The notes: a model not told the origin generated them from the sequence alone. Shown: positions 52,215 to 62,153, counted from the stretch's first letter. The stretch is DNA of 64,000 nt from Candidatus Saccharimonadota bacterium (GCA_009781895.1 WQUV01000002.1:38293-102292), one strand, 5' to 3'. Translations and numbers: made by a program.

Positions 52215-53198
52215 TTATTGCTCTACGGCGTCGTCGGCCCTGTCGTCAAGGAGCTTCTTACCTTTGACTTCATAGCGCTTGCCGGTAGTGGCGGAGATGT
52301 AGTAGTTCTCGTCTACGAGATTAACAAGCATCGAGAGGTCAGATTCGTCGGCAATAATGATCTTGCCGTCTTCGGAGAGCATGAGTGGAAGCTGCATCTC
52401 ATCAGCGAAGTCCATGATCTTCTCCTGAGAGACAGCGCCTGGCTCGGCGTTGTCGAGCTTCTTGACTAAGCCCTTCTTCTCTTTGAGCATTTCGGTGAGA
52501 TCGAGGCCTTCGGCAAGAGACAGATTATAGGCCGCTGCAAGCTCATCGGCCTTGACAGGTGCAAGAGCGTGGACACCGACATCAAACTGGAATAGTCGCT
52601 CAAACTTACTCCTATTGATGGCGACCAGCTGCCAGCCATTTTTGCCATCATCAACGACTAATACTTCATTGCCATCAGGGATGCGGATACCGACCGAGGC
52701 GGAAAATGGTTCAAGTTTCTCGCCGCGGAGCTCCCAGGAACCCTTCTCAGAGAGGGCCTGCGTGCCAGAGAGAGCCTTGATGACATAGCAGTTCTTATTG
52801 TGCCCACCGTCGCCATAGTTAAACTTAGCGACAATACCTTTGACACGACGAAAATCATGCTCTTCGCCAGAGAAGTAGATAATGTCGGAATATTCTTTCT
52901 CTAGGAGATTTAGGAGAGTTGCGGCACGGTCGACCTCATCAATATCCATGACGAGAACAGCCTTGTCGTTGGTGTTCTTGTCTAGGCGCTGTACAGAGAG
53001 ATTGTTATCGACACCCTTATTGACGAAAGCGACGAGATCCTCTAGGAAGAGTCGCTTGACGCCGACTTCGAGCTCGTTCGCCAGTCGTACCTTGTATGGT
53101 GTATAATTCTTGTTAAAAAAGAAAAGCTCGAGGGTGGCGCTCTTCATCCATTCCTCTGCCCTGTTTGCCCAGTTAAATAAATCAAATCCTCCGTCCAT
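52215..53198 (-). CDS. 327-aa protein; tentative DUF4868 / KwaB-like (Kiwa defence component B) with no KwaA partner
   Basis: Length and layout (LELFFFNKN..., VLVMDIDEV, IIYFSGEEHDFRRVKGIVAKF, WQLVAINRSKFERLFQF) fit my recollection of DUF4868. Not verified. No SD; an alternative start is at 53147. Confidence 0.35.
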   Translation of the reverse strand: MDGGFDLFNWANRAEEWMKSATLELFFFNKNYTPYKVRLANELEVGVKRLFLEDLVAFVNKGVDNNLSVQRLDKNTNDKAVLVMDIDEVDRAATLLNLLEKEYSDIIYFSGEEHDFRRVKGIVAKFNYGDGGHNKNCYVIKALSGTQALSEKGSWELRGEKLEPFSASVGIRIPDGNEVLVVDDGKNGWQLVAINRSKFERLFQFDVGVHALAPVKADELAAAYNLSLAEGLDLTEMLKEKKGLVKKLDNAEPGAVSQEKIMDFADEMQLPLMLSEDGKIIIADESDLSMLVNLVDENYYISATTGKRYEVKGKKLLDDRADDAVEQ

Positions 53199-53209
53199 AA
53201 CTATAGACT

Positions 53210-53239
53210 AGCAAAGTTCCCTTGAGATTTCAAGGGAAC
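53210..53239 (-). terminator. greA terminator
   Basis: Minus strand GTTCCCTTGA-AATC-TCAAGGGAAC-TTTGC. Confidence 0.65.
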
Positions 53240-53262
53240 TTCATAATTTATGTATACAGATC

Positions 53263-53715
53263 TTACGCGACTTCGGTGATAGAGTACTTAACCGTACCCT
53301 TTGGCGCGCTGAACTCGACCTCATCACCAACTTTACAACCCATAAGAACAACACCCAGCGGGCTCTCAGCGCTAAGCTTATTGTGTAGCGGATCAGCTTC
53401 AACTGGATTAACAATCATGTATTCAGTGACTTTCTTGCCAGTCTTAACGGTTACCTTGGAGCCGAGAGCGACTTTACCGCCCTTCTTGATCTTGATGATA
53501 GTAGCATGTTCGAGAATACCCTCAATCTCGAGAACGCGGCTCTCGAGGACTTTTTGTGCTTCACGGGCAGCGTCGTATTCGGCGTTCTCTGAGAGGTCGC
53601 CGAAGCTACGAGCATAGGCCAGGTCCTCAGCGATTTGCGGGCGCTTAGCGATGAGTTCTCCAAGCTCGACTTTTAGTTCGTCTCGTTTTTCAGCTGTGAT
53701 TTCTAGTTTCTTCAC
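53263..53715 (-). CDS. greA: Transcription elongation factor GreA
   Basis: FGDLSENAEYDAAREAQ, C-terminal FKBP-like SAESPLGVVLMGCKVGDEV. GTG start after AAGGGGG. Confidence 0.9.
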   Translation of the reverse strand: MKKLEITAEKRDELKVELGELIAKRPQIAEDLAYARSFGDLSENAEYDAAREAQKVLESRVLEIEGILEHATIIKIKKGGKVALGSKVTVKTGKKVTEYMIVNPVEADPLHNKLSAESPLGVVLMGCKVGDEVEFSAPKGTVKYSITEVA

Positions 53716-53862
53716 AATCCCCCTTATCTTATGTTAGCTAATAATGTAAGGCCGGCCTCGAAAAAGAGGTCTACTAAATTATACCAAGTGGAGAAATCAA
53801 GTCAAGTACTTAAGCTTATAGACACCCTAGCCTTACAGAGGTGAGGCTAAAAGTTCGCGAGA

Positions 53863-55113
53863 TCAGGAAAGTTCGGCGAGCGCCTCACTAGATGTAACCA
53901 GCTTCGGTTCGCCTAGTCTTGGCTTTAGCTCAACCTTGCCTTGCTCGAGGGTCTTGTCACTAACGACAATACGGTAAGTGATGCCGAGGAGATCAGCATC
54001 AGCTAGCTTCTCGCCCACTCGGGCGTGCTTGCCGTCGCGATCATCCCAGAGGACTTCGATGCTAGCTTGTATAAAATCTGTGTAGAGTTCGGCAGCGGCT
54101 TTCTCTCCCTGCTCTCCTATACCAACAAGATAGACCTGGAATGGGGCGACGGATTCTGGCCAGACAAGACCGTGATTATCACTAAGCTTCTCAGCGAGAA
54201 CACCCATGACACGAGTAATTCCGACGCCGTAAGAACCAAGGAAGATCGGCTGCTTTGTGCCGTCTTCTTTGGTAAATTCGACTTTCATCTCGTCGGCCTT
54301 GTCCGCGCCGAAATTAAAGATGTTGCCAACTTCGGCGCTTCTAACCTTTTCGAGCTTCGATTTGTCGAGGCCTAGTTCTTGAGCTGCTTCCTCGAGGACT
54401 TCTTCGTTTACGGCGATGCTCTTCTCGCGGTCGAGATAGAGCCAGTCCTCACCCGCATCACAAAGGGTCTGAAACTCGTGACTAAAGCGAGTAAAGGCGC
54501 CACCACTCGCGAAAGTGACAAAAGTATCATCACCCAGACCGAGGCGGTCGTAGATCTTAACATAGGCTTGCTTGACGCGTTCGTAATAGGCGTTTAGATC
54601 CTCGATGCTAGCATGCATTGAGTACATATCCTTCATGATGAATTCGCGGCCGCGCATGACGCCAGATTTGGCGCGGAGTTCGTTGCGAAGCTTGGTCTGA
54701 AACTGATAGACTGAGATCGGTAGGTCGCGATAGCTCGTCGCTTGACGGCCGATAGTCTCGAGGATTGGCTCCTCATGGCTCCAGGCGAGACCAACTTCAG
54801 TGTCGTCTTTGAGCTTTGACTTAAACCAGACATCGACAGCTTCGTTATCCCAGCGACCCGTCGACTCCCAGAGGTCGCGAGGCTGGAGACTAGACATCAC
54901 TAGCTCGCCACCGCCGACAGCATTCATCTCCTCGCGGACGACCTGCTTGATCTTCTCTAGGACACGGAAGCCAATTGGCAGATAAGCATAGACACCTGCC
55001 ATTTGACGGTCGACGTAGCCCGCCTTAGTTAATAGACGAGCGTTCTTACTTGGCTCCTCTGCTTCGCTTTGCTCGCTCTTACTGGTCTTAATCCAAAACT
55101 CTGATCGTTTCAT
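53863..55113 (-). CDS. proS: Prolyl-tRNA synthetase (short form without the INS editing domain)
   Basis: LLTKAGYVDRQMAGVYAYLPIG, class II motifs FRNELRAKSGVMRGREF and GSYGVGITR. Confidence 0.88.
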   Translation of the reverse strand: MKRSEFWIKTSKSEQSEAEEPSKNARLLTKAGYVDRQMAGVYAYLPIGFRVLEKIKQVVREEMNAVGGGELVMSSLQPRDLWESTGRWDNEAVDVWFKSKLKDDTEVGLAWSHEEPILETIGRQATSYRDLPISVYQFQTKLRNELRAKSGVMRGREFIMKDMYSMHASIEDLNAYYERVKQAYVKIYDRLGLGDDTFVTFASGGAFTRFSHEFQTLCDAGEDWLYLDREKSIAVNEEVLEEAAQELGLDKSKLEKVRSAEVGNIFNFGADKADEMKVEFTKEDGTKQPIFLGSYGVGITRVMGVLAEKLSDNHGLVWPESVAPFQVYLVGIGEQGEKAAAELYTDFIQASIEVLWDDRDGKHARVGEKLADADLLGITYRIVVSDKTLEQGKVELKPRLGEPKLVTSSEALAELS

Positions 55114-55120
55114 ATATATT

Positions 55121-55148
55121 CAGAAGACCTAAGTCTTCTACCTTTCCT
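55121..55148 (-). promoter_or_regulatory. Leader module in front of proS: AGGAAAGG + 20-nt hairpin + 7 nt + AUG
   Basis: Sense strand AGGAAAGG-UAGAAGACUUAGGUCUUCUG-AAUAUAU-AUG. There is an A-U to G-C compensatory change relative to the rplK/murA copies. Confidence 0.65.
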
Positions 55149-55299
55149 ATAGTTAATCTGCTCTACTGGAATGAACCTAGTCTCGCAGATAGTTGTTAAA
55201 TTTTTAATCAATATACTTAGCGCATCTTTTTAATGTGTAGAGAAAAACCGCCAAAGCGGAGTCTGGAGGAAGAAGCTTGCTTGGTATTTCATATAGTAT

Positions 55300-55305
55300 A
55301 TTATA
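55300..55305 (-). promoter_or_regulatory. proS promoter -10 (TGATATAAT), giving a ~185-nt leader
   Basis: Minus strand gtgTGATATAATatac. Confidence 0.45.
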
Positions 55306-55350
55306 TCACACACGTAAAATCATACTCACAAACTTCATTTCAATGAAGCT

Positions 55351-57132
55351 CTAGAAAGCTGGGATCTTGAAAGCGTTAGCTGGAGGTGGTGGAGCGACGG
55401 AAGGCGCGGTCACTGCACCGGAGGTTGAGACTGGTGGAGCAACCTTAGTGCCAGACTGCAACTGACCAGCTGACGCGGCACTGAGAGTTCCCGCAGGTGG
55501 GACGTGCATAATAGGCTTAATACCAGCGACTCCTGGCGGGACGATGGCATCGATCTCAGGCTTAATGGATTGAGCGGTTGGCTGACCGAAGCCAAGGATC
55601 GGACCAGACTGAGATGACGGTGAAGCCATTGGTGAGGCTGGGTCGAACTCTGGCGGGAGCGGGAGGCGGTTTTTGATCAAGCTCTGTAATTCAGCGACAG
55701 TTGGTACACCATTGATGGTTGAGGGTGGAGGTGGAGCGTCTGACGCGGCGGGTAGAACCGAGGTAGGTGCGGCAGCGACAGGTGCGGCGACTGGATTATT
55801 GGCGCCAGTGGCAAGTGGCTGAAGAGTTGGAGTGACTGGTACGGGCGGCGGGATAACAGTTGACTCGGTAGCGACGCCAGTAAGCTGGTCGACATAGCCG
55901 ACAGGATTGGTGTGTTCTTCGATGATGCTAGCATTCGGAACAAAGATGTCGTCCTTCGGTATAGCGAGCTCGCTAGGAGGTGGGAGGGTGTTCGGATCAC
56001 CATCTGGGGTGCCGCCAACAGCATCATAATGGGGGTCGCCCGAGACAGGAGGTAACTGTGCCCCAGCTAAAGCAGCGTTAAGAGCGTTCATATCGACAGT
56101 GGGGACGATATTGGCTGTCTCAGGAGCGATGACTGGGATCGCGGGTGGCGGTGGCAGTACAGGAGGCATAGGAGGCATTTGCGGGATAGGGATGGCGACA
56201 TCAAGCGCTTCTTTCGTTGCAGGATGGATTTGAGCCTGAGTGATAACTGGGGTAGTTGGGTCGTTATCGTCATCGCCAAGATTCTCCATGACAGCGCGCT
56301 GATCAGCGCCGACCGACATGAGACGAGCGGCGAGGCTCATCATCGCAGGTGAAGTTTTGTCGTTCATGAATCGATCAGAGACGGAGACAAGTCCGGCCAG
56401 CAAGGCAGTAGCGACATCCTGGCTGATTTCGCGTCGATCGTTGAGCTGTTCGGCGATTTCGGTAACAGCCTCAGTCAAGGTGCCAACTTCGGCCTGCCAG
56501 ATGATATCACCAAACTTCCTGGCCTGCTGAATGTCAGATTTCAAGACCACGCTTGCGACGCGTGCGCTATGCATGATCTTGGCGTGCTGAGTGAGGGCTT
56601 CGTCAAAATCGTCTGGGTTCTTGACGTCAAGGGCGATGACTAGGTCAACATTGAAGTCGCCACGGGTAAACTGCAGGTCTTGCTCGGTCAGCATGGTGCG
56701 ATAAGGAGTGATGTAGATCTTGACGAAGTCACCTTCTACTTTGTAGCGGAGATGGTCGGCCTTTTCTTTATTGAGGGAGATGATGAAGTCCTGGAGGCTG
56801 TTGGTGTCGGTCTCGAAGACCTTCTCTGGACTCAGAAACTCGATACTCTCTGGGAGGGTGCCGCTGAAGATTGCGGTGGCGTTCTTGCCTGCGGCATCAA
56901 GCGCCATAGTAAGTGCCATGACATCGGTCAATTCCTCGATGCTGGGGTTCTTAGAGAGGGCGACGAGGATGTTCTGAGAATTATTAACGGCTTCGATAAT
57001 CTCTTTGACGGTGACAGTGGTGCCAGCTTGATTGTTCTGAATTACGGGATTAACAGGTGCAGGTGGCTTGGGGGGGGCTTGTGGTCTTGCCGCTGGTGGC
57101 TTGGGTGGTTGGGGTGATTGTGTGTTTTGCAT
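55351..57132 (-). CDS. 593-aa protein with a Pro-rich N-terminus, a ~300-aa globular region (possibly a degenerate DHH/NrnA-like fold) and a long Pro/Ala-rich C-terminal half
   Basis: Low-complexity PPKPP and PPPP runs. ILVALSKNPS.../DLVIALDVKNPD occupy the positions of the DHH motifs but lack the His/Asp residues. Tentative. Confidence 0.4.
   Translation of the reverse strand: MQNTQSPQPPKPPAARPQAPPKPPAPVNPVIQNNQAGTTVTVKEIIEAVNNSQNILVALSKNPSIEELTDVMALTMALDAAGKNATAIFSGTLPESIEFLSPEKVFETDTNSLQDFIISLNKEKADHLRYKVEGDFVKIYITPYRTMLTEQDLQFTRGDFNVDLVIALDVKNPDDFDEALTQHAKIMHSARVASVVLKSDIQQARKFGDIIWQAEVGTLTEAVTEIAEQLNDRREISQDVATALLAGLVSVSDRFMNDKTSPAMMSLAARLMSVGADQRAVMENLGDDDNDPTTPVITQAQIHPATKEALDVAIPIPQMPPMPPVLPPPPAIPVIAPETANIVPTVDMNALNAALAGAQLPPVSGDPHYDAVGGTPDGDPNTLPPPSELAIPKDDIFVPNASIIEEHTNPVGYVDQLTGVATESTVIPPPVPVTPTLQPLATGANNPVAAPVAAAPTSVLPAASDAPPPPSTINGVPTVAELQSLIKNRLPLPPEFDPASPMASPSSQSGPILGFGQPTAQSIKPEIDAIVPPGVAGIKPIMHVPPAGTLSAASAGQLQSGTKVAPPVSTSGAVTAPSVAPPPPANAFKIPAF
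57070..57077. repeat. G8 (sense C8) homopolymer inside codons 19-21 of the Pro-rich gene
   Basis: Counted directly: cttgggggggggctt region; 8 G. Confidence 0.85.
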
Positions 57133-57227
57133 AGTAAGCTTATACCTATTGCTTGTATTGTATCACACTTATGCTAAGAAACAAACTTGGCAGAAAGTTT
57201 TTGCGCGCTATGCTATAATTAAAGAAT

Positions 57228-57584
57228 ATGGGTGTAAAAGAAGAAATTGATAAAGTGTGCGGCAAAGCTCGTCGGGCTGGTCTAGTTCAGTTCTTAAGCG
57301 AGCAAGGTGTGGTGGGTCTGGCGGTCGGTATCGTCCTTGGCACGGCGACAGCTGCGGTAGTGAATTCGTTTATCAATAACGTGATTATGCCGCCAGTTGG
57401 CCTGCTGCTCGGCTCGACTGATGGATTAAGAGGCCTAGCGATCGACATGACGGCGCGGTCAGGCGAGATTGTGCAATTACGCTATGGGGCGTTTTTGAAT
57501 GACTTTATAAACTTTGCGGTAATTGTGACGGTGCTCTACTTTGTGATTAAGTGGCTAAAGGTCGAACTAAAGAAGAAGAACTAA
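57228..57584 (+). CDS. mscL: Large-conductance mechanosensitive channel
   Basis: FLSEQGVVGLAVGIVLGTA...NNVIMPPVG...FLNDFINFAVI. Confidence 0.85.
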   Translation: MGVKEEIDKVCGKARRAGLVQFLSEQGVVGLAVGIVLGTATAAVVNSFINNVIMPPVGLLLGSTDGLRGLAIDMTARSGEIVQLRYGAFLNDFINFAVIVTVLYFVIKWLKVELKKKN

Positions 57585-57625
57585 CAGACTTCAGCAAGCT
57601 AATTGACCAATGAGAAGACTGACGA

Positions 57626-58648
57626 CTAAAGAAGTTGCTTGAGTTTCCAGGCGAAGAACTTGGGCTTATTGACTGGTAGTACCCAAACACCCATGCATTC
57701 TTCGACTTCCCCGCCCCACTTACGTTTGAAGGTGATCTTCGGATCGTCCTTGCCTGCCACGCCGAAGAAGTTAAAGCGTGGAATCTTCTGATGAATGGTG
57801 TCGCGGATCATAGCGTCAAGCAGGAAGTACATGCCGCCGAGTTCGAGAGAGCGCTCGGTATTACCGCCGAGGAAGTGGACGGTTTCGAGCTTCGAAAAAA
57901 CAAATATGCCGCCGGTGATGGCAGGCGAAGCTCCTACTGCCAGATCGTCAGTAGGGGCAGCCTTGACTGCTCCCGAACTGGCGACAGGAGCTTCTACAAC
58001 AACGAACCGGACGTTATAGCCTCTACTATGCTCGAAAGCACGATAGAAAGCTTGGAGATATTTGAGGTCGGCGGCGCTGAAGTGCTGACGGTCAGCAGAA
58101 GCCTGGAGGATTTCCTCTAGAATACTGAGCTCATCATAGGCGAGATCGCGGAGGACAAGACCATTTTTGGCTGAGCGACGAACCTCATAACGCATCTTGC
58201 GATCGAGGGAGCTTAAGAACTCATCGTAGCTTGCGGGGAGCGGGCGGGCGGCAATGGCGGCAATTCTGCCCTCTTTGCCGCGACGAAGTTTCTGCCAGCC
58301 AGCGGACTGCCAGTCTGAAGTAGCGCTACTTGGGAAGAAGGGGTCGAGGGAAATGAAGATTTTGTTTAGCCTGGTCGCTTCGGCGCGAAGCCCATCGGTC
58401 CAAGCTCTGATGACCTCTGGGGTTACCTCCCCCACTGGGCCGTAAAGGCAGTCGATACTGTTGCCATAAAGCCCGCAGAGACCAGCGAGAATGATCTTAT
58501 CGCCTTTTTTGACAGCGTAAAACTTGGGCGCGGCGCCACGCTCGGCGCGGACAGCGGCGAAGTCAGAGCTCTGAAGGAAATTGTGGCCGTGCGCTGAGTA
58601 GGCAAAGGCCTCGAACTCCTTAGGGTCGAGCTCTGCGAACTTCAGCAT
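57626..58648 (-). CDS. FemAB-family peptidyltransferase (peptidoglycan branch/bridge formation)
   Basis: HNFLQSSDFA, tandem GNAT-like halves, RFNFFGV...FKRKWGG. Confidence 0.7.
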   Translation of the reverse strand: MLKFAELDPKEFEAFAYSAHGHNFLQSSDFAAVRAERGAAPKFYAVKKGDKIILAGLCGLYGNSIDCLYGPVGEVTPEVIRAWTDGLRAEATRLNKIFISLDPFFPSSATSDWQSAGWQKLRRGKEGRIAAIAARPLPASYDEFLSSLDRKMRYEVRRSAKNGLVLRDLAYDELSILEEILQASADRQHFSAADLKYLQAFYRAFEHSRGYNVRFVVVEAPVASSGAVKAAPTDDLAVGASPAITGGIFVFSKLETVHFLGGNTERSLELGGMYFLLDAMIRDTIHQKIPRFNFFGVAGKDDPKITFKRKWGGEVEECMGVWVLPVNKPKFFAWKLKQLL

Positions 58649-58651
58649 AGG

Positions 58652-59869
58652 TTAATACCTGATAAGTGTTATGTGCTTAGTGAGGGTCTCGCTACCACGA
58701 CGGACGACGAGCTCGACACGGTCGCCGATAGTGTATTCACCGAGGAGAGTAGCGAGATTACCATGAACGCCGACTTCGAAGCCACCGACGTGAGTGATGA
58801 CGTCGCCTGGGCGGACACCAGCACGGTCAGCTGGACCACCTGGGACGACACTATTCTCACCATTAAGGAAAGCGCCACGACGGACTGGGAGGTCGTGTTC
58901 GGCAACGATACTTGCATCAACATCAGTGAAGCGAACACCGACAATGGCGCGCTCAACCCGACCTGTGGCGAGGAGGTTACGGAGCATGCCGCGAGTAGCA
59001 CCAATTGGGATAGCAAAACCGAGACCGTTAGCGCCAGTTGAGACGGCCGTATTAATACCAATAACCTGACCGCCAGCATTGGCGAGCGGACCACCAGAAT
59101 TACCAGAATTGATAGCGGCGTCAGTCTGGATCATGTCGGTAAGATTCTCGGCAGACATACCGTCGCTAGTAGTAGCTGAAACGCTACGCCCCACGCCAGA
59201 AACGATACCAGCAGTGACAGAGTTCTGGAAGCGACCGAGCGCGTAGCCGACCGCAATCACCGGCTGGCCAATACGAAGTTGACGGCTGTCGCCAAGAGTG
59301 GCAACTTCCCAGCCGCTGACGCCGTTGACCTTAAGAAAGGCGACATCATTGAGAGGGTCGACGCCGACGACTGTGACGTCTTGATGTAAAATGCCATCGT
59401 GGACGATAGCGACCGAACGAGCGTGTTCGACTACATGCTTATTGGTCAAGATATAGCCGTCGCTTGAGACGACAATGCCAGTACCAGCGCCTGAATAAGA
59501 ACTGCCAATGCCAGCCCGAACAAGGACAGAGACGGTGACTTGCATGACGCTGTCCGCGACGGTCTCGATTGATTCGTGGTTAAAAATAGAGGCGTTACCG
59601 TCACGAATACTATCGCGACGCTGGAAGCTGGTGGTAGTGCGAGCAAACCAATCACGGATTGGTGTGCCCGGCGTGAAGTACGAGACGATAGCAAAAGAAG
59701 CGACAGCAAAGATAGCTAGGCCGATAACGGCGCCTAGGATGATGCTCTTGTCTCTATGCTTTTTAGACTCGACACATCGTAACTTTGGCACTGGTGGCGG
59801 CGGAATGATAGTCGCCTCCTCTGCCGGCTTTACGCTTCTGATGATTGGTTTTTTATCGTTGTCTTCCAT
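58652..59869 (-). CDS. HtrA/DegP-family serine protease with a PDZ domain
   Basis: N-terminal TM, TNKHVV (His), DVAFLKV (Asp), GNSGGPL (Ser), C-terminal PDZ. Confidence 0.88.
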   Translation of the reverse strand: MEDNDKKPIIRSVKPAEEATIIPPPPVPKLRCVESKKHRDKSIILGAVIGLAIFAVASFAIVSYFTPGTPIRDWFARTTTSFQRRDSIRDGNASIFNHESIETVADSVMQVTVSVLVRAGIGSSYSGAGTGIVVSSDGYILTNKHVVEHARSVAIVHDGILHQDVTVVGVDPLNDVAFLKVNGVSGWEVATLGDSRQLRIGQPVIAVGYALGRFQNSVTAGIVSGVGRSVSATTSDGMSAENLTDMIQTDAAINSGNSGGPLANAGGQVIGINTAVSTGANGLGFAIPIGATRGMLRNLLATGRVERAIVGVRFTDVDASIVAEHDLPVRRGAFLNGENSVVPGGPADRAGVRPGDVITHVGGFEVGVHGNLATLLGEYTIGDRVELVVRRGSETLTKHITLIRY

Positions 59870-59878
59870 ATTCCCTCC

Positions 59879-60652
59879 TTAATGGGTAACTCCGCCCGAA
59901 AATGATACTAACATGACCACCTGAATTATAATTGCAGAAACGCCCGCCAAGACGACTTCGGCTCGTTCAATCTTACTGTCTTCCTGAAGGTGCTCGAGGT
60001 AAAGTGAGGTAAAGAGCGCAGCCAGCAGTGCGGTGATGGCGAACTGCGGCACTATGACGTCAGCGAAGAAGTATGCAACCTGCCAGAAATGAGAGATGTA
60101 GGCAAGAGTGGCGATGACAAAGGCGAAGCAAAGAGCTGGGAGCTCGATACTGCCGGCTTCGTTGTCTAGGGCGATCAGGAAGTGGCGAGCGGTGACATAG
60201 GCTATGATACTGGCGACCACAACCAGAACAATACTTGGAAGACTATAGAGGAGCTGGACGGCAACTACGAGACCCAAGAAAAGGGCGATGCCAGATTGTA
60301 TCTTAGCGAACAAGAGGTCGTTGCGGGGCTTTATGACGCCCATCCAGAGGACATAAATGGTGACGATGGCGATAAGGACGATATAATTGGTGATATTAAG
60401 ATAGGCCAGGAGGACGAAGGAGACATTAGCGATGATGTCGACGAGGTTGGCGCGGATGCTAAGCCAGAGGAAATAGGGACGGACGATGAAAGTGCGCCAC
60501 TTACTGGCAGCGACAAGGATAAGAGATGGCCAAGGGATGCCGCTCAAGACCACAAGGCCAATCGCCGCAATCGCGAAGCCGATATTTAGCACAAGATGCA
60601 GAATATCGCTAAAAGCCGAACCTGACCCCCTGCTCTCTAAGAATTTTGCCAT
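59879..60652 (-). CDS. Hypothetical polytopic membrane protein, 257 aa
   Basis: About 8 hydrophobic helices. TGATATAAT lies 7 nt upstream of the ATG. Confidence 0.55.
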   Translation of the reverse strand: MAKFLESRGSGSAFSDILHLVLNIGFAIAAIGLVVLSGIPWPSLILVAASKWRTFIVRPYFLWLSIRANLVDIIANVSFVLLAYLNITNYIVLIAIVTIYVLWMGVIKPRNDLLFAKIQSGIALFLGLVVAVQLLYSLPSIVLVVVASIIAYVTARHFLIALDNEAGSIELPALCFAFVIATLAYISHFWQVAYFFADVIVPQFAITALLAALFTSLYLEHLQEDSKIERAEVVLAGVSAIIIQVVMLVSFSGGVTH

Positions 60653-60715
60653 TACTGTTATTATATCATATGTTGCGGTAGCTAGACGAGCTCTTCGGCT
60701 TCGTCGACGGTTACG

Positions 60716-61087
60716 TCAATTCTGGGTGGAGGTGTCTTTCTTGGCCCAAGAGCGCTTGCAGTTTTTGGCTTGTTTTTGGAGGAAAGCCTGATTGATGTCG
60801 ATACCCATGACGTTGGCGTAGGCGCAGAGGGTGATGAAAACATCGGCGACTTCGTCCTCTACTGTGTCGCTACCCTCCTTAGATAAGTCAATACTGTGGC
60901 CCAAATGTTTACGGGTGGCGTGGGCGAGTTCACCGACCTCTTCAGCGAGATAGATGATGCGGTCGCGCGGATCGGTCGAAGTCCAGCCATTTGCTTTGTA
61001 CATTTCTTTGACGTATTCCTGAACGTCGGAGACACTGAAGTTGTCGCCGAGTTGCTGTAGATTCTTCTCCATATCAAATGCTGCCAT
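60716..61087 (-). CDS. MazG-like nucleotide pyrophosphohydrolase
   Basis: LAEEVGELAHA...EDEVADVFITLCAYANVMGID. TGATATAAT lies 6 nt upstream of the ATG. Confidence 0.6.
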   Translation of the reverse strand: MAAFDMEKNLQQLGDNFSVSDVQEYVKEMYKANGWTSTDPRDRIIYLAEEVGELAHATRKHLGHSIDLSKEGSDTVEDEVADVFITLCAYANVMGIDINQAFLQKQAKNCKRSWAKKDTSTQN

Positions 61088-61106
61088 GGCTTAATTATAT
61101 CACGCG

Positions 61107-62153
61107 TTACACTTTGCGACGCCAGCGACGGAGGGATTCGATCGGCTTGGTGAGTAGATAGTAGCGGAGCGGGTTGATGACGAGATCGTGGGCGGGGACG
61201 TATTTAAGTTCCTGGACGCCGAAGCCGCGCTTGAAGACGCTGACACCGTAGAAGCGGTGCTTTATGTCATCTTCGTCGACTATCCCCCAGAAATTATAGC
61301 GAGTGATACCTCGGAGCTTGGCTTCACGAATAGCAAGGAGGTGGAGAAGTGGGGCGGCGGAATACTCCATGCCTTTCTTGGTCGAGACGCCGTAGAGGTA
61401 GGAGGCTTCGTTGCCGTAGAAGACCATGAAGTTCTCGGCCAGAACTTCGCCGTCCTTCTTGGCTATGAAGAGTTCGGCTTCGTTGTTTTTGGCTAGGACT
61501 TCGAATTGGGTCTTTAGGAACTTCTTGGAGAACGGGATATAGCCTTGGCGCTTGGCATGGTCGAGTTCGATCTTATGGAACTGGTCAATCTCGTCTGGAT
61601 TCTTGCTGGCTATGAGTTCGAGGTCGGCTTTCTCGGCTTTACGGATAGCGCGGCGGGCTTTTTGGCGGAAGGTCGCCGTGATCTCCTCTTCGGTGCCAGA
61701 AATATCGAGAACACCAGCGTGCTCGACTGAGAGGTAGAATGGGGCTTTTTGAGCACCGAGCGAGGCCAATGCTTTACGAATTTCTGGGCTGTCTTCCCAT
61801 TGCGGGCGGAAGCGGACAAAGTCACAGCCGAGGCGTTTGGCTTCGTTTCTCATGTCTTGGAAGACGGCTTGAAGTTGATCAACTTGGTTCTTACCTCTGT
61901 TTTGAAGTTGCGCTACTTCAAAAAGTGGTCCGCCAGCGATCATCAGGCCAGTGCCTTTTTTGGCGCGCTCAACGAAGCCACTGTAGACGCCGATGATTTT
62001 GCTGTCCTTGTAAATGGCGCGTCGGACAGTCCCCCGCCCCATTTCCTGATGGGCGGTGATGATGTCCCAGCTCTGGAGGAAGTTGGCCTCAGGGCGGCTA
62101 GTGACGAAGTCGTCCCAGGTCTTTTTGTCTTCGATAGTCTTGATTTCTACCAT
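61107..62153 (-). CDS. FemAB-family peptidyltransferase
   Basis: ANFLQSWD, RYNFWGI...FKRGFG. Confidence 0.7.
   Translation of the reverse strand: MVEIKTIEDKKTWDDFVTSRPEANFLQSWDIITAHQEMGRGTVRRAIYKDSKIIGVYSGFVERAKKGTGLMIAGGPLFEVAQLQNRGKNQVDQLQAVFQDMRNEAKRLGCDFVRFRPQWEDSPEIRKALASLGAQKAPFYLSVEHAGVLDISGTEEEITATFRQKARRAIRKAEKADLELIASKNPDEIDQFHKIELDHAKRQGYIPFSKKFLKTQFEVLAKNNEAELFIAKKDGEVLAENFMVFYGNEASYLYGVSTKKGMEYSAAPLLHLLAIREAKLRGITRYNFWGIVDEDDIKHRFYGVSVFKRGFGVQELKYVPAHDLVINPLRYYLLTKPIESLRRWRRKV

Noticed and set aside
55114-55350. T-box riboswitch or attenuator in the ~185-nt proS leader; a small CCGC-TTTG-GCGG-TTTTT hairpin is present.
   Set aside because: No T-box consensus (AGGGTGGTACCGCG-like), specifier-loop architecture or stem I features were seen. 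The 4-bp hairpin is too weak to call.
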